Shown: positions 9,401 to 19,571, counted from the first letter of the stretch. The stretch: DNA of 64,000 bases from a virus (IMGVR_UViG_3300025858_001097), one strand, 5' to 3'. Numbers and translations: made by a program. The notes: generated by a model not told the origin, from the letters alone.

Positions 9401-9635
9401 ATTATAAAGACTTATTTATACATCTCCCGAGTACTTAATGTATTTATATGTGTGTAGCATATATTCTATATATTAAATTAAATTACTGATACAATTTCAG
9501 TCGGAATTATATCAGATACAATATCAGAACCAAAAATAATTGCCATTGAATAAGATATTGTGGTTGAATCTAATTGTAATTCATAATATTGTACACCTTC
9601 AAAAATTATATCATCTATCATTTTGAATATTTATT

Positions 9636-11759
9636 TTATTGTGTTAATAGTGCTCTAACAATTATTCCAGCAGGAAGTGTCGTTGCAGTATATCTAATAT
9701 AATTTCCAACATTATCTGCCGATGAACTCCAAGTATTCCAGTTAGTTCCATCTGTAGAATATTGCCAAGTACCACTACCAGATGCTACAACAGTATCATC
9801 TAAAATTAATCCATTAGTTGCCGCATTATACATTCTTATTCTTAAATTTGGTATATTTGATCCCCAAGCTGTTGATTGACGATAAGCAAATATTCTATTT
9901 GTAACACTAGATTTATTTACACTTGGCGTATAATGAGAATCTGTATTAGAATCTTCATAAACAACTGACATTGAGTATATTCTAGATGGAATGCACCAAG
10001 TTCCTAGAACCTTAAATTTTATTTTAAATTGTATTGAATCTGTTCCCCCAACACTTGTCAAATCGCCATCATTACCCAACAATGTCCATGTTCCACCACT
10101 TGATTCAAATCCTGTTGTTCTATAATAAACATCAAAATCTTCTGTAGGACAACCAAAAGTTAAGTCTCCTAATTGTCTGGTCGAGTTTACATATAATCTA
10201 TAAAATTTGACACAACCAGTCGTATTTAATATGGGTGTAGTTACAAACGAACCGAAATCATCGGCCCATCCTCTATGAGGTTTCACGGGTATCGCATATA
10301 TTTGATTCAATGCTGCGGAAGTACCATTACGACTAATATATAAATATCCAGATTCTGTATAAAGAGATACCATAGTTCCGTTTGTCGTTGGGTGTATTGG
10401 AGCACTGTTGTCAGCTGTAGATTGATCTGTTTGAAGATCATTTGCGAGGAATACGCGTTCGAACGGATCTGATGTTGTTTGATATGTTGTACAATATGAA
10501 CGACCAGCAGCCGCTCCAGATAAGAAAAGCTTATCAGTCAAATCCCCCCACTCAACTCCTGTAAAAGTTGATACAGTATATGTTGCGGTGCCTCCAGGTG
10601 GAACTTCAACCATAGAATCTGTAATAAAATTAGTTGAACCATTTGTTATTGTGCTTAAATCACTTCTATAAACCCTGGATGTTGTCACAAAATATAAAGA
10701 TTTTACACCTGATGCTACACCATGCTTTAATGTTGCTATTCTGCCATTGTTTGTAACAATAATAGTTCCAGTTAAAGCTGATGCGATCGTTCCTGTTTTA
10801 AATTGAAAAGCTGTTGTATCTTTACCTGTCGTGGGTGATAGTGACGCTCTAATATTATAAACATAATATTGATAACCGTTTGCAGAAACCGTACCGTTCA
10901 TTGCATAACAAAGATGTGTAGTATATCCACTTTTAGTATCTAATGCGCATCCCCAAGCTGTTGTCATTGTTACTGAAGCAGCATCTGCTAGCCAATACAA
11001 TGCTCGAAGATTGTCCGTATTTGCGGTGAGCGTGAATGTTAAACCTCCAGATTGAAATGTGTCTCTATTTAATCCTTTCACAAGGAATAATCCACTGTTT
11101 GTTGATGTTGCACTTGTGATTGTCATGACTACTCTTAATTCTTCCATAACATACGGGGTTCCACTTGGATAAACACCCGCACCAGTTGATAATGTTAAAC
11201 CGGTATCACTATTAATTGGTGTAGTTGTTGGATTTGACATTTCATACCAAGTTGTTATTTGTGCTGGATCAGTGCTTCCAAAACCTATACGAGCCCCAGC
11301 TGCCATTCGATCTGTAACCCATTGTGTTCCAGTTCCTTTCACAGTTGTTCCATCAACTTCAACAGTACCAGTTGTATAAGCAACATAATCCATACGAAAA
11401 CCTTTTACTGTTAAGTTACCACCAGGTCCAGTCAATGTTATAAACCCTTTATAATTAAATAAATTTTGAAATTTGTCATATTCATACATGACAACAACTC
11501 TTGTTGCTGCTGCTAATGCGATGCCTGCTAAAAATACCCAATCTATTGTATCACTCCAATGTATAACAAAGGGATATCCAACTGCGTTAGCTGTTGGAGC
11601 TTCCATTGGTCTTGCAATAGCAAGAGGAACAGTGCTCACATACCAATCGGCGGGCGTTGTGCCCGTGTTTTGTATAATTTGTGGTCCTATATAAGTCGTT
11701 GTTCCTGTATAGGTTGTTGATGTTGTACCATTAAAAATATGTTCTATTACGTTTTTCAT
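9636..11759 (-). CDS. Thr/Ser-rich beta-rich protein, putative fibre or receptor-binding component
   Basis: 707 aa. Its start codon overlaps the stop of fibre protein 2 (TAATG), suggesting translational coupling. No collagen repeat. Confidence 0.6.
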   Translation of the reverse strand: MKNVIEHIFNGTTSTTYTGTTTYIGPQIIQNTGTTPADWYVSTVPLAIARPMEAPTANAVGYPFVIHWSDTIDWVFLAGIALAAATRVVVMYEYDKFQNLFNYKGFITLTGPGGNLTVKGFRMDYVAYTTGTVEVDGTTVKGTGTQWVTDRMAAGARIGFGSTDPAQITTWYEMSNPTTTPINSDTGLTLSTGAGVYPSGTPYVMEELRVVMTITSATSTNSGLFLVKGLNRDTFQSGGLTFTLTANTDNLRALYWLADAASVTMTTAWGCALDTKSGYTTHLCYAMNGTVSANGYQYYVYNIRASLSPTTGKDTTAFQFKTGTIASALTGTIIVTNNGRIATLKHGVASGVKSLYFVTTSRVYRSDLSTITNGSTNFITDSMVEVPPGGTATYTVSTFTGVEWGDLTDKLFLSGAAAGRSYCTTYQTTSDPFERVFLANDLQTDQSTADNSAPIHPTTNGTMVSLYTESGYLYISRNGTSAALNQIYAIPVKPHRGWADDFGSFVTTPILNTTGCVKFYRLYVNSTRQLGDLTFGCPTEDFDVYYRTTGFESSGGTWTLLGNDGDLTSVGGTDSIQFKIKFKVLGTWCIPSRIYSMSVVYEDSNTDSHYTPSVNKSSVTNRIFAYRQSTAWGSNIPNLRIRMYNAATNGLILDDTVVASGSGTWQYSTDGTNWNTWSSSADNVGNYIRYTATTLPAGIIVRALLTQ

Positions 11760-14700
11760 TATATTTTTTTAATTTTTAGAAAATAATATAATTTTGTTAT
11801 ATCAGTCGCAGAATTGACATAAAATTCTATCAAATCTCCGGATGTAATGTTTGTTGACCAACTCGCGAGAGAATAATCACTATTTTTTATTTGATTCGTT
11901 AATGTTGGATAATTTCCTGCCGTTATTCCTGTAAATATCGGATAATCAGAGTAATTACTTTTTCTAATATCAACTGCGCAACTCCCAGAAATACTTGCAA
12001 ACATTGTCCAACTATACATGACACAATCATAATTCATTTGTTTAAACCCCTTTGAACCAGTTGTTATAACATTTGATCCATTATCGATTATGAAACCTAT
12101 TGTATCATATTCTGTTGAACTAACGCCTGAACTACCAGAGTTTCCACTGGAACCACTGGTGCCAGAACTACCCGGAGATCCAGTTCCTGATGTTCCACTG
12201 GTGCCAGAACTACCCGGAGATCCAGTTCCTGATGTTCCACTGGTTCCGCCAGTTCCACTAGTTCCACCACTACCTGTTAAACCACTAGTTCCTGATGTTC
12301 CACTAGTCCCGCCTACACCACTCGTGCCACTAGTACCACTGATACCTGAAGTACCTGAAGTTCCACTACTACCTTGCGCTCCACTAGTGCCGCTAGTTCC
12401 TCCTGTACCACTGGTACCACTGATACCTGAAGTACCTGAAGTTCCACTACTACCTTGCGCTCCACTAGCGCCGCTAGTTCCTCCTGTACCACTGGTCCCT
12501 GAAGTGCCTGACGTTCCCGATGTGCCTGAAGTGCCGCTTGTTCCTGATGAACCATCTCTTCCACTACTTCCACTGGTTCCTGATGTCGGTGAATTGGTTT
12601 GATAATATGTATTACCAGAACTATCTACAACTAGATATCTAGATAAACCTGAAGTTGATGTTATTCCAGATATAACTAAAGTATTTGTTACCAATTTACC
12701 ATTACCATCAACAGACATAACATTACCATCTATGCCGTTTTGAATTTCAAGTACTGTATCCGAATCTGAGTTTGAACCTCTCTTGATAGTAAGAGCCCCC
12801 AATGTTGAATTCGTCAATATTTCTGGAACACCTGTTGAATTATTATAAGCTATTTGAAGATTGACTGTTGATAATCCAATACCGCCCATACCAATCACAT
12901 CACCAAATTTTGAAACCAATAAAAATTTAGCAGTGGATGGATCTGTTAAATTTGTACAATTACTCTGAACTGTTAAAATACCTATTAATATAGCATCTGT
13001 TTGAAAATTAGAAAATGTAACAAATGATTCAGTTAACGCATTGGATAAAGCCGTTGCAAAATCAGAATATACTGTTTGACCATATTGAATTCTAAATTTT
13101 CCATTTTGAGTCAAAAATATTCTCTGATTAGTTGATTGTTTTGCTGGCGATCCTACCAAAGTAACAACACCACCGTCATCCCAATAATTGGGTATCACTT
13201 GTGTCCTATCTGTATCCGAACCGCCTAATTGTGTTCTATATTGGAAAGTTGTAGGACTTTGTGATGATATACTAATACTACTTGGATTCAATACACTATT
13301 CGAAAAACCAATACCCAAACCCCACAATTTACCACCAGTAGTATTAAATGTCAAACCAGTATTTGGTGATGGATATATTCCCTGATTAATCAAATTAATA
13401 GGTGTCCATACATCTCTAAGTTGAGATAATGGTGAAACATCTAAATCAGGTTGATCCAACGAATAAAGCAAATATGATTTAGTTGGATGGGCTAATTTGC
13501 CCAAAAATATAGATTGTCTTCTATTTGTAGGTGATAATTCTGTTGAACTTTGAGCTATAGTTCCATCAGATTGTAAATAAACCCAAGTTTCCGTTGATGT
13601 TGATATATTTGTTGCTGTTATTCCAGTCTGACCTAAAAAATGAACATATAGAGCTGTTGGATTTATTGGATCAGTTGTATTATCAATAATCCAACCTTTA
13701 ACTTCACTTACATTAAATGTAATACCAGTTGTAGTGGGTGGATTAGAATTCAATGTTAATCCTGAAAAATAAAATAATCCAGTTGAATTAACATTACCCA
13801 ATAATATGTTTCTTTCAATATCGGTTAAACTAATTTCAGTATCTTCGTTCTTAACGTTAATATATATTTTTCCCGTTGTTGGTGAATTATCAATGACTTT
13901 ACCTATATAATTACTTCTTGATGAATATTGTAAACTTGATGATCCAACTATGAATCCGCCTGCTACTGTATCAGATAAATATAAATTATCACCATTTGTA
14001 TATCCCGATAAATTAAGATCATATATTTTTCCGTTTGTAATAACAAACCCTACACCACTTAAAGATATATCTTCTGATACCATTCCTAAAACAACATCAT
14101 CTAGATTACTTGCAATAGCCTTATCAACACAAGGTATTCCATTAATAGTCGAACCTCCAGTTAATTTAACGACAGTGGATTTCGTTAATACGTAAGAATT
14201 TGGATTATAGACTTTGATTACTAATTGTCCACCAAGAAGAATTGTTGATTGTAATGTATCAGATTGAGGATAATAAACTATACCTCCTTTATTATTATCA
14301 TAAACCATCCTGCCAGTAAGACCAGTAGACGGTAAAGTAATTCCTGTCCAAAAATCAAAATATCCAACATCAGATACATTGCCATCATGTAAAGATAATG
14401 TAGTTTCTGTGAATGTCAAACCCGATTGGGATATAGCACCATCTGGCGTTCCATCCGAAGTCAGCACTCTTGTTAAAGTTGGATATTGTACTGTTGTGAA
14501 ACCGTGACCTGAACTACCCGATGTGCCTGAAGAACCTGAAGTACCTGTCGTTCCGCTTGTTCCAGAAGTTCCTGATGTGCCTGAAGTGCCACTAGTTCCA
14601 GAAGAACCTGATGTTCCGCTGGTTCCACTAGAACCTGACGTTCCACTTGTTCCTGAAGTGCCACTAGTTCCAGAAGTGCCTGATGAACCATCTTGTCCAG

Positions 14701-15766
14701 AAGTTCCGCTAGTCCCGATAGTTCCTGAAGTACCTGAAGAACTTGAAGTTCCACTAGTTCCAGAAGTACCACCAGTTCCACTAGTTCCACTACTACCTTG
14801 TTTTCCAGAAGTACCACTTGTTCCACTAGTTCCATCGGTACCACTTGTTCCACTACTACCAAGAAAACTTCCATCTTTTCCACTAGTTCCACTACTACCA
14901 AGAAAACTTCCATCTTTCCCAGATGAACCACTAGTGCCGTCAGCACCAACTCCTCCTGTTCCGAAAGGAACATATGATATTAAATAACTTTCATTATTTG
15001 TTAGACTACCATTCGAGCTAATATCTGTAACTCCACTAATTTGATAAACATATAAATATGGAGTCGTGTTTATAGTAATACCACTTATTATATTATATAA
15101 TCCAAATATTGAGGGGTTATTGTGCAATTCTATTTTTAACATGCCGCTTGTCCAAGTATCCAGCCAATTGCTTTGATCAACATTATCTGCATCAACTTGA
15201 CTTATTCTAAAATATTCTGTAGCACTAAAGTGATCATTTCCGCTGTAGAAATATTTTGAAATTGGTATTGGTTGTGTCGAATCATATACCCATCTTCTAG
15301 ATGCTCCACCATATCCTGAGAATCCACTAGTTCCGCTACTACCAAAAAAATCTCCATCTACTCCCGAAGATCCACTTGTTCCAGTAAAACCACTAGACCC
15401 ACTAGACCCACTAGTACCTTTTCCGCTAGTTCCACTGGTTCCAGTTGTACCACTGGATCCTGTTTTTCCGCTAGTTCCACTAGTTCCTTCTTTTCCACTT
15501 GTTCCGCTCGATCCATCCTTTCCGCTACTTCCCGAGAAACCACTGGTTCCACTTGATCCGAAAAAACTTCCATTCAATCCATCCTTACCAGAAGATCCAC
15601 TTGTTCCAGCCGTTCCACTTAAAGTAATACCAGATGCTATATAAGTTATAGTTCCATCGGATTCTTTTTGCCATAAACCATAGTCATCGTGACCTAGATA
15701 AATAAAACCAACCTCGGGATTACCAATAACTGTTGGATCAATTAATTGTAATTTCTTAAAACTCAC
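11759..15766 (-). CDS. collagen-like fibre protein 2
   Basis: 1335 aa. The N-terminal domain MSFKKLQLIDPTVIGNPEVGFIYLG is conserved and there are three Gly-X-Y blocks. The track start appears to be GTG, whereas its paralogues use ATG. Large beta-rich central domain. Confidence 0.8.
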   Translation of the reverse strand: MSFKKLQLIDPTVIGNPEVGFIYLGHDDYGLWQKESDGTITYIASGITLSGTAGTSGSSGKDGLNGSFFGSSGTSGFSGSSGKDGSSGTSGKEGTSGTSGKTGSSGTTGTSGTSGKGTSGSSGSSGFTGTSGSSGVDGDFFGSSGTSGFSGYGGASRRWVYDSTQPIPISKYFYSGNDHFSATEYFRISQVDADNVDQSNWLDTWTSGMLKIELHNNPSIFGLYNIISGITINTTPYLYVYQISGVTDISSNGSLTNNESYLISYVPFGTGGVGADGTSGSSGKDGSFLGSSGTSGKDGSFLGSSGTSGTDGTSGTSGTSGKQGSSGTSGTGGTSGTSGTSSSSGTSGTIGTSGTSGQDGSSGTSGTSGTSGTSGTSGSSGTSGTSGSSGTSGTSGTSGTSGTSGTTGTSGSSGTSGSSGHGFTTVQYPTLTRVLTSDGTPDGAISQSGLTFTETTLSLHDGNVSDVGYFDFWTGITLPSTGLTGRMVYDNNKGGIVYYPQSDTLQSTILLGGQLVIKVYNPNSYVLTKSTVVKLTGGSTINGIPCVDKAIASNLDDVVLGMVSEDISLSGVGFVITNGKIYDLNLSGYTNGDNLYLSDTVAGGFIVGSSSLQYSSRSNYIGKVIDNSPTTGKIYINVKNEDTEISLTDIERNILLGNVNSTGLFYFSGLTLNSNPPTTTGITFNVSEVKGWIIDNTTDPINPTALYVHFLGQTGITATNISTSTETWVYLQSDGTIAQSSTELSPTNRRQSIFLGKLAHPTKSYLLYSLDQPDLDVSPLSQLRDVWTPINLINQGIYPSPNTGLTFNTTGGKLWGLGIGFSNSVLNPSSISISSQSPTTFQYRTQLGGSDTDRTQVIPNYWDDGGVVTLVGSPAKQSTNQRIFLTQNGKFRIQYGQTVYSDFATALSNALTESFVTFSNFQTDAILIGILTVQSNCTNLTDPSTAKFLLVSKFGDVIGMGGIGLSTVNLQIAYNNSTGVPEILTNSTLGALTIKRGSNSDSDTVLEIQNGIDGNVMSVDGNGKLVTNTLVISGITSTSGLSRYLVVDSSGNTYYQTNSPTSGTSGSSGRDGSSGTSGTSGTSGTSGTSGTSGTGGTSGASGAQGSSGTSGTSGISGTSGTGGTSGTSGAQGSSGTSGTSGISGTSGTSGVGGTSGTSGTSGLTGSGGTSGTGGTSGTSGTGSPGSSGTSGTSGTGSPGSSGTSGSSGNSGSSGVSSTEYDTIGFIIDNGSNVITTGSKGFKQMNYDCVMYSWTMFASISGSCAVDIRKSNYSDYPIFTGITAGNYPTLTNQIKNSDYSLASWSTNITSGDLIEFYVNSATDITKLYYFLKIKKI
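12046..12616 (-). repeat. Gly-X-Y coding repeat block (C-terminal) of fibre protein 2
   Basis: 9-bp periodicity; approximate bounds; further blocks at about 14566-14956 and 15331-15622. Confidence 0.65.
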
Positions 15767-15785
15767 CTCGCGGAGATATTTTTAT

Positions 15786-15800
15786 TCTATATATTAAAAA
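15786..15800 (-). promoter_or_regulatory. promoter-like box upstream of the fibre 2 start
   Basis: tctatatattaaaaa. Confidence 0.45.
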
Positions 15801-15820
15801 TTAAAGGAAGAAAAATAAAA

Positions 15821-16561
15821 TTACATTGTCGATGATATTATGTTACAAACAACATCCTCGTAAACTTCATAAAATATATAAACTAGCCCGTCTCCACCAG
15901 CTCCAGGAACAGAAGCGTTTCCTGTTGTACCGTAAGCGCCACCTCCACCTCCGCCAGCTTGACGTCCATTGCCACCGAATAAAATTCCAGATGCTCCATT
16001 ACCACCATTGCCCCCATATTGATTTCCACCATTTCCACCAGCACCACCTACTACTCCGCCATTTCCACCTTTACTACCATTTTGTTCTGTTCCGGCTCCG
16101 CCTCCGCCGCCACCTCCACGAAGACTGACTCCACCAGCGCCACCATCGCCTCCATTGTAAGTAGCGTTATTTTCACCCCCTGTGCCTCCTACAGATCCAA
16201 CACCACCAGCTCCACCAGCAACAGCTCTATTAACTCCTGTACCACCTCCACCAACAACTAAATTTGATGAATAATCTCCAACTTGACTTAATGATACATA
16301 ACTATCACCTCCATTAATAACACTATTATTACCACCAGTACCAACAACTATTTTCATAGTTGTTGGAAGATTTGATGTGTAAGAGAACATGGCACTTCCG
16401 CCGCCTCCACCTCCTCCGCCTCCAGTGCTTGCTGCTCCTAAGGATCCTCTACCACCTCCCCCGATAACGTAAATGGTTAATCCCGTAGTTCCTTGAGGGA
16501 CCTGTCGATAATAAGTTCCAGGTGTATCATACGTTAAAGTATCAGCTGGGATTGAATTCAT
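15821..16561 (-). CDS. glycine-rich protein
   Basis: Long GGxGG runs. The track ORF start at 16648 overlaps the upstream gene; an internal Met at 16559-16561 (M30) sits just after the upstream stop, so the gene likely starts there. Confidence 0.55.
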   Translation of the reverse strand: MNSIPADTLTYDTPGTYYRQVPQGTTGLTIYVIGGGGRGSLGAASTGGGGGGGGGSAMFSYTSNLPTTMKIVVGTGGNNSVINGGDSYVSLSQVGDYSSNLVVGGGGTGVNRAVAGGAGGVGSVGGTGGENNATYNGGDGGAGGVSLRGGGGGGGAGTEQNGSKGGNGGVVGGAGGNGGNQYGGNGGNGASGILFGGNGRQAGGGGGGAYGTTGNASVPGAGGDGLVYIFYEVYEDVVCNIISSTM

Positions 16562-16575
16562 ATTAATTATTTTTT

Positions 16576-17415
16576 TTATGTTCCTGTCAAAGTAACGACT
16601 AATTGATTGACAGTCCCTGACGCAGAAGCTATATACAAGGCTAACCAATCCCCAGCAGAAACGCTAGATCCAGTTTTTCCGCTTGCTCCACCCGTTGTTG
16701 CTACTATATCCGATCCAAACAAACTCGATGTAGATCCAATAGCTCCATAATATATATTAAAAGTGGCACTCGTATTATTTTGAACATAAGCGTTAGCTAC
16801 AGTCGGAGCATAAGACGCATTTAATCTGGGGCCTAATATAACTCCAGGTCCCGGCGAAGACACTACCCAAGTAAAACTTCTTTCGGGGTATGTGCCAGAT
16901 GTGCCTGATGAACCAGGACTACCAACGCCAGATGTTCCTGATGAACCAGGACTACCAACGCCAGATGTGCCACTTGTTCCGCTTGTTCCAGTAGTTATAT
17001 TAGTTACTTCTTTCACAACATTTCCATCCAATACCAATTTTGTACCGTTATCAGCTACAGTATCAACATTTGTCATAGTGAGAGTCGAACCAGTCATCCA
17101 TATATTAGGAATATAAGATGTATTTGTCGCTGAATCCCAATAAAAATCTGGATCTGTAGCAAATGAATTATCTATAGTCTGCCATGTTCCAACTCCATTA
17201 GCATCTGAAGTTAAAACATATCCATTGGATTGTGATCCGTCCACTATTCTAATAGTGCCGCCAGAAACAACAATTTTTTGGTCTATCGACCAAGCAGCAG
17301 ATGTTACACCAACACCAATTCTTTTATTGGTTTTGTCAATCATAACAACATCCTCTAACATTAAAGATGTGTTACCAGTTTGAGTATATTCTGTATAAAA
17401 TTTGGTTTGTGACAT
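16576..17415 (-). CDS. small collagen-motif protein (279 aa)
   Basis: Central GTSGTSGTSGVGSPGSSGTSGVGSPGSSGTSG flanked by beta-rich domains; contains a 33-nt tandem duplication. Confidence 0.6.
   Translation of the reverse strand: MSQTKFYTEYTQTGNTSLMLEDVVMIDKTNKRIGVGVTSAAWSIDQKIVVSGGTIRIVDGSQSNGYVLTSDANGVGTWQTIDNSFATDPDFYWDSATNTSYIPNIWMTGSTLTMTNVDTVADNGTKLVLDGNVVKEVTNITTGTSGTSGTSGVGSPGSSGTSGVGSPGSSGTSGTYPERSFTWVVSSPGPGVILGPRLNASYAPTVANAYVQNNTSATFNIYYGAIGSTSSLFGSDIVATTGGASGKTGSSVSAGDWLALYIASASGTVNQLVVTLTGT
16895..16971. repeat. 33-nt tandem direct repeat (2 full units plus a partial third)
   Basis: ccagatgtNcctgatgaaccaggactaccaacg appears twice and is then restarted; it encodes VGSPGSSGTSG twice. 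Confidence 0.7.
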
Positions 17416-17453
17416 TTAAAAATTTCTATTTTTACTATATATAATTTTTTTTG

Positions 17454-18638
17454 TTATGGAAAACATACAGCAACCGGTGTGCTTTTATTTGTAACTGAAT
17501 TTATTCCTAATTCTCCAAAAGTATTTTCCCCCCAAGACCAAGCTTTATTATTTTTATCTAAAGCCAAAGTATTATAACCACCGCTTATGAAATTGAAAGT
17601 ATGATTTCCACAGACAGCGACCGGAGTTGATACACTTCCAGACGACGTGTTCGCGCCTAACTGTCCGTCGTTATTCCATCCCCAACACCACGCTTTTCCG
17701 TGATTATCTATCGCCATAGAATGATAATTACCAGCTTCTATATCGCAAAATGTATGACCTCCACAAACAGCCACCGGCGTACTTCTATTAGTTGATGTAT
17801 TATCTCCCAAAGTACCAACATTGAAATTTGACCCCCATGCCCAAGCTTTTCCATGATTGTCTATCGCTAATACGTGATGTTGTCCACAAGATATTTGACA
17901 AAATGTATGCGCTCCGCAAACAGCCACTGGTGTACTTCTATCTGTGGAAATATTATTACCTAAACATCCATACCCATTGTATCCCCATCCCCAAGCTTTG
18001 CCATGATTGTCTACGGATGACGAATGACGTTGTCCGCAATCTATTAGACAGAATGTATGAGTCCCGTAGACTGCAATTGGTGTGCTTTTACATACCACAG
18101 TGTTATCTCCCAATTGTCCATAATTATTATCCCCCCATGACCACAATTTACCATTATATCCTAATCCTAAAGTGTTATGACCTTCACTAGTATATCTTCC
18201 TCCTACTTTTATATAACAAAAAGTATGATCCCCGCAAACAGCCACTGGTATAGATTTTCCATTGGTAGTATTATCTCCCAATTGTCCATAACTATTATTC
18301 CCCCAAGTCCAAGCTTTCCCGTCGGTATCTATGGCTGCGCTGTGTATCCCAGTGTCTATGGCAATAAAATTGCGATTACCAAAAACGGCTCGTGGAATAC
18401 ATTTATCACCGTGTTCATTAATGCCTAATTGTCCATAACTATTATCTCCCCAAGTCCAAGCTTTGTTATAAACATCTAAAGCTATGCTATTAAAAGTTCT
18501 ACCAACAATACTTACAAAATAATCAGTTGATCCAGAATCTGTTAAATAAATTAAACAAGGAGACGATATTTCATACGCTATTTTACTATTTCGTAAAACT
18601 ATTCTATAAATGGCCATAAAAAACAGATTTTTTATCAT
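17454..18638 (-). CDS. RCC1-repeat beta-propeller protein
   Basis: At least six WxWGxNxYGQLG repeats. Confidence 0.7.
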   Translation of the reverse strand: MIKNLFFMAIYRIVLRNSKIAYEISSPCLIYLTDSGSTDYFVSIVGRTFNSIALDVYNKAWTWGDNSYGQLGINEHGDKCIPRAVFGNRNFIAIDTGIHSAAIDTDGKAWTWGNNSYGQLGDNTTNGKSIPVAVCGDHTFCYIKVGGRYTSEGHNTLGLGYNGKLWSWGDNNYGQLGDNTVVCKSTPIAVYGTHTFCLIDCGQRHSSSVDNHGKAWGWGYNGYGCLGNNISTDRSTPVAVCGAHTFCQISCGQHHVLAIDNHGKAWAWGSNFNVGTLGDNTSTNRSTPVAVCGGHTFCDIEAGNYHSMAIDNHGKAWCWGWNNDGQLGANTSSGSVSTPVAVCGNHTFNFISGGYNTLALDKNNKAWSWGENTFGELGINSVTNKSTPVAVCFP

Positions 18639-18662
18639 TTTTATATATAAAAAATCTGTTTT
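18620..18662 (-). terminator. A-tract/T-tract flanked hairpin between the epimerase and RCC1 genes; the loop carries TATATAT and the RCC1 start codon
   Basis: aaaaaacagatttttt / aaaaaatctgtttt form a perfect stem of about 14 bp with a 15-nt loop atcatttttatatat. It fills the whole intergenic spacer. Confidence 0.45.
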
Positions 18663-18683
18663 CTTAAAAACGAAATAATAGGA

Positions 18684-19568
18684 TTATATTAGTTTTTTAT
18701 AATATTCTGCTGTTTTTCGCAAACCTTCCTCCAAAATTGTTACGGGCGTCCAAGATAAAATGTCTGATGATTTTTTAAAATCAATATTAACAGATTCAAA
18801 ATTTTTACCGTTTTCTTTGAATATTATTTTTGAATTTGTTTTTATAACTTTCAATGTGGTATTAGCTAATTCTTTTATTGATGTAAGTGTTTGATTTCCA
18901 ATATTTAATACAGTTTCAGTAGTTTCTGTATTCATAAATTTTATAAAAACATCCAAAAAGTCGTCTATGTAACAAAAAGAATCTATTTGATTACCATCTC
19001 CAAAAATTATTAAATCCTCATTTTTTAAAGATTTCATTATAAATTGCGGTATAACTCGCGAATCTCCAACTGCCATATTCGGACCATATATACTTTTTAG
19101 TCTTGATATTTTTACTTTTGTTGAAAATTTCTTTCTATATTCACTACAAAGAGTTTCAGCTACTCTCTTTCCTTCTGTATAACAAGAATTTATGCCAGTG
19201 TGATCATATTCGAAAACTCTTACTGTTGAAGAATGCATTATTGGAATATCCAATTTTGTAGCTAATTCTAACGCATTTCTTGTTCCATAAATATTGGTTT
19301 CTAATGTTTTTAGAGGATCTTTGCGATAATGATCTGGGGCGGCAGGGCTTGCCAAATTATATATTTGATTAATATCCGATATGTTTATTTCCTTACGTAT
19401 ATCATGATTTATTAAATGAAAATTTTCATTTTTTGTGAAATTGATGACATTATTTTTGGAACTGGTTGAAAAATCATCCAAGCAATAAACCGTGTTGCCT
19501 TGATATAACAAACTCTTACAAAGATTAGAACCTATAAAACCGCTACCTCCTAAAACTAAAATTTTCAT
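18684..19568 (-). CDS. UDP-glucuronate decarboxylase (UDP-xylose synthase, UXS/ArnA-type extended SDR)
   Basis: GGSGFIGSNL Rossmann motif. IYNLASPAAPDHYRKDPLKTLETNIYGTRNALELA and YTEGKRVAETLCSEY closely match UXS1 signature segments. Confidence 0.75.
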   Translation of the reverse strand: MKILVLGGSGFIGSNLCKSLLYQGNTVYCLDDFSTSSKNNVINFTKNENFHLINHDIRKEINISDINQIYNLASPAAPDHYRKDPLKTLETNIYGTRNALELATKLDIPIMHSSTVRVFEYDHTGINSCYTEGKRVAETLCSEYRKKFSTKVKISRLKSIYGPNMAVGDSRVIPQFIMKSLKNEDLIIFGDGNQIDSFCYIDDFLDVFIKFMNTETTETVLNIGNQTLTSIKELANTTLKVIKTNSKIIFKENGKNFESVNIDFKKSSDILSWTPVTILEEGLRKTAEYYKKLI

Positions 19569-19571
19569 AAT

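Noticed and set aside
9480-9629. 49-aa ORF (MIDDIIFEGVQYYELQLDSTTISYSMAIIFGSDIVSDIIPTEIVSVI) in the spacer between the Thr-rich gene and fibre 1
   Set aside because: No independent support: it is short, has no promoter of its own, and lies in a spacer that carries two promoter boxes for fibre 1. It is mentioned only as a possibility.
12090-15573. ORFs 12090..12602, 12313..12573, 14473..14973, 14523..14987, 15358..15573, 16019..16261, 16892..17116
   Set aside because: Same artefact within the collagen blocks of fibre 2 and the small collagen-motif gene.
15764-15766. GTG start called for fibre protein 2, and GTG/TTG starts for 57136..57420, 60499..60750 and 49622..49840
   Set aside because: The ORF track accepts alternative start codons. 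For 57136 and 60499 an ATG a few codons downstream, after the TATATA box, is the more likely start. For fibre 2 the GTG may be real, since its N-terminus aligns with the ATG-initiated paralogues, but it could also be a sequencing variant.
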